From: the human T2T-CHM13v2.0 reference genome, Homo sapiens
DNA length: 64,000 nucleotides
Reading direction: 5' to 3'
Assembly: GCA_009914755.4 (NCBI GenBank)
Contig: CP068257.2
Coordinates: 6,816,001 to 6,880,000, forward strand
Shown: positions 53,572-64,000 of the stretch, in pieces
How positions within the stretch are numbered: position 1 is the first letter of the stretch
Layout of the letters: each line of letters starts with the position of its first letter
Notes under the pieces: generated by a model
The model's database searches: none
Told to the model about the DNA's origin: nothing
What the model saw: only the letters and a program-made list of their open reading frames with translations
Position numbers and translations under genes: made by a program

Positions 53572-55968
53572 GCAGCAACACAGGTTCCCCATGAGAAAAA
53601 TCAAACTCAGGGAAAATAAAACCACAAGGGTTCACTCTGTTCTGACCTTTGAAAAACACAGCACAGACAGTGGCCCTTAGGACCAAGGGCAGGAGATCCC
53701 TACTCCCGTCACCACGGCGATAGGGCACAAACATTGCAGGGTGAGGGCACAATCCACATTGTGAGGTCCAACTGCTGCCGGGAAGACAGGAGTGCTTTTA
53801 CATAGACCCAAAGGTCATTGAAGGCTCAGTGTTTTGTTTCAAAAACTGAATCCCAAGCCCACACCTTATTATGCTGCGCTTCTTAAAACAAGTTAGGAGA
53901 TGGGAAATAGGGCACCCACAAATATATCTATACATTATGTATATAATAGTATATAGAATCATATATATAATATATGTAACATATATATATACTATTCTTT
54001 TACACCCTGCATCTTATATTATATATATTATATGTAATATAATAATTCAAAATATATAAGTATAATATTTATACAATATGACATATAATAATTATATTTT
54101 ATGACATATATAATATATATTATATATCATATATAGAATATATTATATGGTTAATATACGTACTAAATATATAATATACATTATATATATTATATCTATT
54201 ATATCCATGTTATATATAACATACATTATAGATAATATATATATTATATCTATGTTATATATAATATAAAATAACATAAAATAATATAATTATATATATA
54301 ATATGACATATAATATATATTATATATAATGACATATATATAATATATATTATATATTATATAGGTAATACGTTGTATGTATAATGCATATATTAAATAT
54401 ATATGATATGTCTACGTTATTAATTATATGTAATATATGTTATATATTATATATTTTACATGGAATACACATGTTACATATAATATATACTATGTTACCT
54501 ATAACGTATAATTTATTATATATAATATACGTAAGTCATATATTATATATAATTCATAATATACAGTATGTGGAATGTGGTATATATGACATGTAATATA
54601 TGATATATATAACATACAATACATCATATATAACAAAGAATATATGATACATAATATATATGGTATACAAAATATATATTATGATATATATTATATATGT
54701 TTTATATTATATTATATATAACTATTTAAAATTATATATAACTGTATAATATTATACGTAAATATATAATATAACATGACTATATATTATGTTATATATA
54801 ATTTTATTACATACGTTACATAATATATGATAATATAATGCATATATTATATTATTTTATATTCCATAATATATATTATATATCACATAATATATGCTGC
54901 ATACATAATATTAAAATATATATTATATTATGATATATGAAATATCGTATATATTATGTATCCTATATTGTATAATATACATTATATATTATATAACATG
55001 AATGTTGTCTATCATATGATATATAAAATTATATATATGATTATATTGTTATACATATAACGATATAAATATGTAATTATATGTATCATTATTTATCTTA
55101 TATATTATTATATAATCATTTATAATTATTTATATTATATAAATAATTAAATGATTCTAAAAATTATAATATATAAATTATACTATGTAATAAAAAATAT
55201 ATATATTATATATCATATATGATATAGTATATATGTTATATATCATATTATATATAAATATATGTTATGTTATATACAATTATATCTTTTCATATATAAG
55301 ATGTATAATATGTATTATCTATTATATATGTTATGTACTATATATAATGTAAATAAGCTGACACAGGATAAATATTACATCTTATGATATATAATATCTA
55401 TGAGGTTATATATTACATATAAAGCATATTACAAAACATATAATATATATCATGTATAATTTTTTTTTAGACAGAGCCTTGTCCTGTTGCACAGCGTGGG
55501 GTACAATGGCGCCATCTTTACTCACTTCAACATCTGCCTCACGGGTTCAAGCGATTGTCCTCCCTCAGCCTCCCAGGTAGCTGGGAGTACACCACACTGG
55601 GACTACACCAGCTGCCACCATGCCTAGCTAAATTTTTGGATTTTTAGTAGTGACAGCGTTTCACTGTATTGGCCAGGATGGTCTTGATCTCTTCACCTTG
55701 TGATCCCCTTGCCTTGGCCTCCAAATTTCCTGGGATTACAGGCCTGAGCCAAGATACATGTTTTTTAAATGAAAAAGAATTTCAAAGCTACTCTGCTTGG
55801 GACAAGAATCAAATATATAAACTGAGGAATAAAACATAACCATGAAACATATTTATAACTGCATATGGAAAATACAGAGGATAATTTTTTAAATAACATG
55901 TTTTGAAAGCATTAACTAGTAATTTGAAGAGTTGGCATTTGAAAGGCCCGTATGAATATACCTTCAAA
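53572..55968. repeat. 2.4-kb unit U4, variant type D (head)
   Basis: It carries ttaggagatgg, cacaccttattatg, ccctactcccg, ataggtaatacg and atacgtaagtcatat. The tail resembles the U3 tail (ttatttatcttatat; Alu cttcaac). Confidence 0.8.
55461..55750 (-). mobile_element. Alu fragment (unit copy)
   Basis: Periodic copy. It carries the ctcacttcaac variant. Confidence 0.9.
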
Positions 55969-58365
55969 GCAGCAACACAGGTTCCCCATGAGAAAAATCA
56001 AACTCAGGGAAAATAAAACCACAAGGGTTCACTCTGTTCTGACCTTTGAAAAACACAGCACAGACAGTGGCCCTTAGGACCAAGGGCAGGAGATCCCTAC
56101 TCCCGTCACCACGGCGATAGGGCACAAACATTGCAGGGTGAGGGCACAATCCACATTGTGAGGTCCAACTGCTGCCGGGAAGACAGGAGTGCTTTTACAT
56201 AGACTCAAAGGTCATTGAAGGCTCAGTGTTTTGTTTCAAAAACTGAATCCCAAGCCCACACCTTATTATGCTGCGCTTCTTAAAACAAGTTAGGAGATGG
56301 GAAATAGGGCACCCACAAATATATCTATACATTATGTATATAATAGTATATAGAATCATATATATAATATATGTAACATATATATATACTATTCTTTTAC
56401 ACCCTGCATCTTATATTATATATATTATATGTAATATAATAATTCAAAATATATAAGTATAATATTTATACAATATGACATATAATAATTATATTTTATG
56501 ACATATATAATATATATTATATATCATATATAGAATATATTATATGGTTAATATACGTACTAAATATATAATATACATTATATATATTATATCTATTATA
56601 TCCATGTTATATATAACATACATTATAGATAATATATATATTATATCTATGTTATATATAATATAAAATAACATAAAATAATATAATTATATATATAATA
56701 TGACATATAATATATATTATATATAATGACATATATATAATATATATTATATATTATATAGGTAATACGTTGTATGTATAATGCATATATTAAATATATA
56801 TGATATGTCTACGTTATTAATTATATGTAATATATGTTATATATTATATATTTTACATGGAATACACATGTTACATATAATATATACTATGTTACCTATA
56901 ACGTATAATTTATTATATATAATATACGTAAGTCATATATTATATATAATTCATAATATACAGTATGTGGAATGTGGTATATATGACATGTAATATATGA
57001 TATATATAACATACAATACATCATATATAACAAAGAATATATGATACATAATATATATGGTATACAAAATATATATTATGATATATATTATATATGTTTT
57101 ATATTATATTATATATAACTATTTAAAATTATATATAACTGTATAATATTATACGTAAATATATAATATAACATGACTATATATTATGTTATATATAATT
57201 TTATTACATACGTTACATAATATATGATAATATAATGCATATATTATATTATTTTATATTCCATAATATATATTATATATCACATAATATATGCTGCATA
57301 CATAATATTAAAATATATATTATATTATGATATATGAAATATCGTATATATTATGTATCCTATATTGTATAATATACATTATATATTATATAACATGAAT
57401 GTTGTCTATCATATGATATATAAAATTATATATATGATTATATTGTTATACATATAACGATATAAATATGTAATTATATGTATCATTATTTATATTATAT
57501 ATTATTATATAATCATTTATAATTATTTATATTATATAAATAATTTTATGATTATATAAATTATAATTTATAAATTATACTATGTAATAAAAAATATATA
57601 TATTATATATCATATATGATATAGTATATATGTTATATATCATATTATATATAAATATATGTTATGTTATATACAATTATATATTTTCATATATAAGATG
57701 TATAATATGTATTATCTATTATATATGTTATGTAGTATATATAATGTAAATAAGCTGACACAGGATAAATATTACATATTATGATATATAATATATATGA
57801 GGTTATATATTACATATAAAGCATATTACAAAACATATAATATATATCATGTATAATTTTTTTTTAGACAGAGCCTTGTCCTGTTGCACAGCGTGAGGTA
57901 CAATGGTGCCATCTTTACTCACTGCAACATCTGCCTCACGGGTTCAAGCGATTGTCCTCCCTCAGCCTCCCAGGTAGCTGGGAGTACACCACACTGGGAC
58001 TACACCAGCTGCCACCATGCCTAGCTAAATTTTTGGATTTTTAGTAGTGACAGCGTTTCACTGTATTGGCCAGGATGGTCTTGATCTCTTCACCTTGTGA
58101 TCCCCTTGCCTTGGCCTCCAAATTTCCTGGGATTACAGGCCTGAGCCAAGATACATGTTTTTTAAATGAAAAAGAATTTCAAAGCTACTCTGCTTGGGAC
58201 AAGAATCAAATATATAAACTGAGGAATAAAACATAACCATGAAACATATTTATAACTGCATATGGAAAATACAGAGGATAATTTTTTAAATAACATATTT
58301 TGAAAGCATTAACTAGTAATTTGAAGAGTTGGCATTTGAAAGGCCCGTATGAATATACCTTCAAA
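55969..58365. repeat. 2.4-kb unit U5, mosaic: D-type head (~1.5 kb identical to U4) + B-type tail
   Basis: The head shares every U4-specific variant. The tail has aataattttatgattatataaattataat and Alu gcgtgaggtac, as in U0 and U2. Confidence 0.8.
57858..58147 (-). mobile_element. Alu fragment (unit copy)
   Basis: Periodic copy. It carries the gtgaggtacaatggtgcc variant. Confidence 0.9.
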
Positions 58366-60767
58366 GCAGCAACACAGGTTCCCCATGAGAAAAATCAAAC
58401 TCAGGGAAAATAAAACCACAAGGGTTCACTCTGTTCTGACCTTTGAAAAACACAGCACAGACAGTGGCCCTTAGGACCAAGAGCAGGAGATCCCTAATCC
58501 CGTCACCACGGCGATAGGGCACAAACATTGCAGGGTGAGGGCACAATCCACATTGTGAGGTCCAACTGCTGCCGGGAAGACAGGAGTGCTTTTACATAGA
58601 CCCAAAGGTCATTGAAGGCTCAGTGTTTTGTTTCAAAAACTGAATCCCAAGCCCACACATTATTATGCTGCACTTCTTAAAACAAGTTATGAGATGGGAA
58701 ATAGGGCACCCACAAATATATCTATACATTATGTATATAATAGTATATAGAATCATATATATAATATATGTAACATATATATATACTATTCTTTTACACC
58801 CTGCATCTTATATTATATATATTATATGTAATATAGTAACTGAAAATATATAAGTATAATATTTATACAATATGACATATAATAATTATATATTATGACA
58901 TATATAGTATATATTATATATCATATATAGAATATATTATATGGTTAATATACGTACTAAATATATAATATACATTATATATATTATATATATTATATCT
59001 ATGTTATATATAACATACATTATAGATAATATATATATTATATCTATGTTATATATAATATAAAATAACAAAAAAAAATAAAATTGTATATATATAAAAT
59101 GACATATAATATATATTATATTTTATGACATATATAATATATATTATATATTATATATGTAATACGTTGTGTGTATAATGCATACATTAAATATATATGA
59201 TATGTGTACGTTATTAATTATATGTAATATATGTTATATATTATATATTTTACATGGAATACACATGTTACATATAATATATACTATGTTACCTATAACG
59301 TATAATTTATTATATATAATATACTGTATGTCACATATTATATATAATTCATATTATACAGTATGTGGAATGTGGTATATATGACATGTAATATATGATA
59401 TATATAACATACAATATATCATATATAACATACAATATATGATACATAATATATATGGTATACAAAATATATATTATGATATATATTGTATATGTTTTAT
59501 ATTATATGATATATAACTATTTAAAATTATATATAACTGTATAATATTATACGTAAATATATAATATAATAAACATGACTACATATTATGTTATATATAA
59601 TTTTATTACATACGTTACATAATATATCATAATATACTGCATATATTATATTATTTTATATTACATAATATATATTATATATCACATAATATATGCTGCA
59701 TACATAATATTAAAATATATATTATATTATGATATATGAAATATCGTATATATTATGTATCCTATATTGTATAACATACATGACATATTATATAACATGT
59801 ATGTTGTCTATCATATGATATATAAAATTATATATATGATTATATTGTTATACATATAACGATATAAATATGTAATTATATGTATCATTATTTATATTAT
59901 ATATTATTATATAATCATTTATAATTATTTATATTATATAAATAATTAAATGATTATACAAATTATAATATATAAATTATACTATGTAATAAAAAATATA
60001 TATATTATATATCATATATGATATAGTATATATGTTATATATCATATTATATATAAATATATGTTATTTTATATACAATTATATATTTTCATATATAAGA
60101 TGTATAATATGTATTATCTATTATATATGTTACGTACTATATATAATGTAAATAAGCTGACACAGGATAAATATTACATATTATGATATATAATATCTAT
60201 GAGGTTATATATTACATATAAAGCATATTACAAAACATATAATATATATCATGTATAATTTTTTTTTAGACAGAGCCTTGTCCTGTTGCACAGCGTGGGG
60301 TACAATGGCGCCATCTTTACTCACTGCAACATCTGCCTCACGGGTTCAAGCGATTGTCCTCCCTCAGCCTCCCAGCTAGCTGGGAGTACACCACACTGGG
60401 ACTACACCAGCTGCCACCATGCCTAGCTAAATTTTTGGATTTTTAGTAGTGACAGCGTTTCACTGTATTGGCCAGGATGGTCTTGATCTCTTCACCTTGT
60501 GATCCCCTTTCCTTGGCCTCCAAATTTCCTGGGATTACAGGCCTGAGCCAAGATACATGTTTTTTAAATGAAAGAGAATTTCAAAGCTACTCTGCTTGGG
60601 ACAAGAATCAAATATATAAACTGAGGAATAAAACATAACCATGAAACATATTTATAACTGCATATGGAAAATACAGAGGATAATTTTTTAAATAACATAT
60701 TTTGAAAGCATTAACTAGTAATTTGAAGAGTTGGCATTTGAAAGGCCCGTATGAATATACCTTCAAA
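58366..60767. repeat. 2.4-kb unit U6, variant type A
   Basis: Across 58830-58935 it is identical to U1 46850-46955, including tagtaactg, tatattatgac and tatagtatat. Confidence 0.8.
60260..60549 (-). mobile_element. Alu fragment (unit copy)
   Basis: Periodic copy. Confidence 0.9.
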
Positions 60768-63169
60768 GCAGCAACACAGGTTCCCCATGAGAAAAATCAA
60801 ACTCAGGGAAAATAAAACCACAAAGCTTCACTCTGTTCTGACCTTTGAAAAACACAGCACAGACAGTGGCCCTTAGGACCAAGAGCAGGAGATCCCTAAT
60901 CCCGTCACCACGGCGATAGGGCACAAACATTGCAGGGTGAGGGCACAATCCACATTGTGAGGTCCAACTGCTGCCAGGAAGACAGGAGTGCTTTTACATA
61001 GACCCAAAGGTCATTGAAGGCTCAGTGTTTTGTTTCAAAAACTGAATCCCAAGCCCACACATTACTATGCTGCGCTTCTTACAACAAGTTATGAGATGGG
61101 AAATAGGGCACCCACAAATATATCTATACATTATGTATATAATAGTATATAGAATCATATATATAATATATGTAACATATATATATAATATTCTTTTACA
61201 CCCTGCATCTTATATTATATATATTATATGTAATATAATAATTGAAAATATATAAGTATAATATTTATACAATATGACATATAATAATTATATTTTATGA
61301 CATATATAATATATATTATATATCATATATAGAATATATTATATGGTTAATATACGTACTAAATATATACTATACATTATATATATTATATCTATTATAT
61401 CTATGTTATATATAACATACATTATAGATAATATATATATCATATCTATGTTATATATAATATAAAATAACAAAATAATATAATTATATATATATAATAT
61501 GACATATAATATATATTATATTTTATGACATATATATAATATATATTATATATTATATATGTAATACGTTGTATGTATAATGCATACATTTAATATATAT
61601 GATATGTGTACGTTATTAATTATATGTATTATATGTTATATATTATATATTTTACATGGAATACACATGTTACATATAATATATACTATGGTACCTATAA
61701 CGTATAATTTATTATATATAATATACTGTATGTCACATATTATATATAATTCATATTATACAGTATGTGGAATGTGGTATATATGACATGTAATATATGA
61801 TATATATAACATACAATATATCATATATAACATACAATATATGATACATAATATATATGGTATACAAAATATATATTATGACATATATTGTATATGTTTT
61901 ATATTATATGATATATAACTATTTAAAATTATATATAACTGTATAATATTATACGTAAATATATAATATAATAAACATGACTATATATTATGTTATATAT
62001 AATTTTATTACATACGTTACATAATATATCATAATATACTGCATATATTATATTATTTTATATTACATAATATATATTATATATCACATAATATATGCTG
62101 CATACATAATATTAAAATATATATTATATTATGATATATGAAATATCGTATATATTATGTATCCTATATTGTATAATATACATGACATATTATATAACAT
62201 GTATGTTGTCTATCATATGATATATAAAATTATATATATGATTATATTGTTATACATATAACGATATAAATATGTAATTATATGTATCATTATTTATATT
62301 ATATATTATTATATAATCATTTATAATTATTTATATTATATAAATAATTAAATGATTCTACAAATTATAATATATAAATTATACTATGTAATAAAAAATA
62401 TATATATTATATATCATATATGATATAGTATATATGTTATATATCATATTATATATAAATATATGTTATGTTATATACAATTATATCTTTTCATATATAA
62501 GATGTATAATATGTATTATCTATTATATATGTTATGTACTATATATAATGTAAATAAGCTGACACAGGATAAATATTACATCTTATGATATATAATATCT
62601 ATGAGGTTATATATTACATATAAAGCATATTACAAAACATATAATATATATCATGTATAATTTTTTTTTAGACAGAGCCTTGTCCTGTTGCACAGCGTGG
62701 GGTACAATGGCGCCATCTTTACTCACTGCAACATCTGCCTCACGGGTTCAAGCGATTGTCCTCCCTCAGCCTCCCAGGTAGCTGGGAGTACACCACACTG
62801 GGACTACACCAGCTGCCACCATGCCTAGCTAATTTTTTGGATTTTTAGCAGTGACAGCGTTTCACTGTATTGGCCAGGATGGTCTTGATCTCTTCACCTT
62901 GTGATCCCCTTGCCTTGGCCTCCAAATTTCCTGGGATTACAGGCCTGAGCCAAGATACATGTTTTTTAAATGAAGAAGAATTTCAAAGCTACTCTGCTTG
63001 GGACAAGAATCAAATATATAAACTGAGGAATAAAACATAACCATGAAACATATTTATAACTGCATATGGAAAATACAGAGGATAATTTTTTAAATAACAT
63101 ATTTTGAAAGCATTAACTAGTAATTTGAAGAGTTGGCATTTGAAAGGCCCGTATGAATATACCTTCAAA
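60768..63169. repeat. 2.4-kb unit U7, variant type C
   Basis: It shares the atgcatacatttaatat, TMVPITYN and YIYNILL variants with U3. Private changes are caaagcttcac and ctgccaggaag. Confidence 0.8.
62661..62951 (-). mobile_element. Alu fragment (unit copy)
   Basis: Periodic copy. Confidence 0.9.
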
Positions 63170-64000
63170 GCAGCAACACAGGTTCCCCATGAGAAAAATC
63201 AAACTCAGGGAAAATAAAACCACAAGGGTTCACTCTGTTCTGACCTTTGAAAAACACAGCACAGACAGTGGCCCTTAGGACCAAGAGCAGGAGATCCCTA
63301 ATCCCGTCACCACGGCGATAGGGCACAAACATTGCAGGGTGAGGGCACAATCCACATTGTGAGGTCCAACTGCTGCCGGGAAGACAGGAGTGCTTTTACA
63401 TAGACCCAAAGGTCATTGAAGGCTCAGTGTTTTCTTTCAAAAACTGAATCCCAAGCCCACACATTATTATGCTGCGCTTCTTAAAACAAGTTATGAGATG
63501 GGAAATAGGGCACCCACAAATATATCTATACATTATGTATATAATAGTATATAGAATCATATAAATAATATATGTAACATATATATATACTATTCTTTTA
63601 CACCCTGCATCTTATATTATATATATTATATGTAATATAATAATTGAAAATATATAAGCATAACATTTATACAATATGACATATAATAATTATCTTTTAT
63701 GACATATATAATATATATTATATATCATATATAGAATATATTCTATGGTTAATATACGTACTAAATATATAATATACATTATATATATTATATCTATTAT
63801 ATCTATGTTATATATAACATACATTATACATAATATATATTATATCTATGTTACATATAATATAAAATAACATAAAATAATATAATTGTATGTATATAAT
63901 ATGACATATAATATATATTATATTTTATGACATATATATAATATATATTATATATTATATATGTAATACGTTGTATGTATAATGCATATATTAAATATAT
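63170..64000. repeat. 2.4-kb unit U8 (partial; the window ends)
   Basis: It has the anchor plus the GC-richer segment and the beginning of the AT-rich tract. It shares tgttttctttcaaaaac with U1 and is otherwise the common type. Confidence 0.75.

Larger units (their letters stand above)
43972..64000. repeat. HSat1B/DYZ2-type array: a ~2.4-kb composite unit (GC-richer ~570-bp segment + ~1.5-kb AT-rich tract + antisense Alu), 8 full units plus an 831-bp partial unit. It continues beyond the window end.
   Basis: The anchor gcagcaacacaggttccccatgag recurs at 43972, 46379, 48780, 51170, 53572, 55969, 58366, 60768 and 63170. The periods are 2407, 2401, 2390, 2402, 2397, 2397, 2402 and 2402 bp. Each unit contains one Alu. 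The composition matches the published description of the Y-chromosome DYZ2 (HSat1B) unit. Confidence 0.85.

Noticed and set aside
1-64000. CRISPR-like or prokaryotic interpretations of the regular repeats
   Set aside because: The periods are 5 bp, 42 bp and 2.4 kb with no unique spacers. An embedded primate Alu, GGAAT satellite III and 42-bp satellite I identify this unambiguously as primate heterochromatin.
1-64000. Telomeric (TTAGGG)n, rDNA or ACRO1/SST1 sequence that would pin the window to an acrocentric short arm
   Set aside because: None is present, so the chromosome cannot be assigned from this window alone. I favour Yq12 only because DYZ2-type arrays are most abundant there.

Overview
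The whole 64-kb window is human (hominid) constitutive heterochromatin made of three abutting tandem-satellite arrays. I find no credible protein-coding or RNA genes. (1) Positions 1-37,054 are Human Satellite III: (GGAAT)n on the + strand, interrupted every ~60-120 bp by the diagnostic CAACCCGAGT-type 10-mer. It is organised in multi-kb higher-order copies, including two near-identical ~7.8-kb tandem copies at ~795-16,480. (2) Positions 37,055-43,971 are a ~6.9-kb array (~165 monomers) of the AT-rich 42-bp classical satellite I (HSat1A/SAR type), with monomer ACATAAAATATCAAAGT+ACCCAAACTATATATTATATACTGT. (3) Positions 43,972-64,000 hold 8 full and 1 partial copies of a ~2.4-kb composite unit: a ~1.5-kb AT-rich tract, an old antisense Alu of ~290 bp, and a ~570-bp GC-richer non-satellite segment. 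This is the HSat1B/DYZ2-type repeat. An HSat3 block next to a DYZ2-type array fits best with Yq12-like heterochromatin. An acrocentric short arm is the alternative, and the HSat3 periodicity I see (~7.8 kb) is not the 3.56-kb DYZ1 period I remember, so I leave the chromosome unassigned. Every ORF in the supplied track is a translation artefact of the repeats (MEWNG/IPFHS from GGAAT; the same 61-70-aa ORFs in every 2.4-kb unit). I see no novel biological system. The points worth a second look are structural: sharp junctions with short similarity, a very recent 7.8-kb duplication, recurrent X'/X fusion joints, and mosaic variant sharing among the 2.4-kb units.
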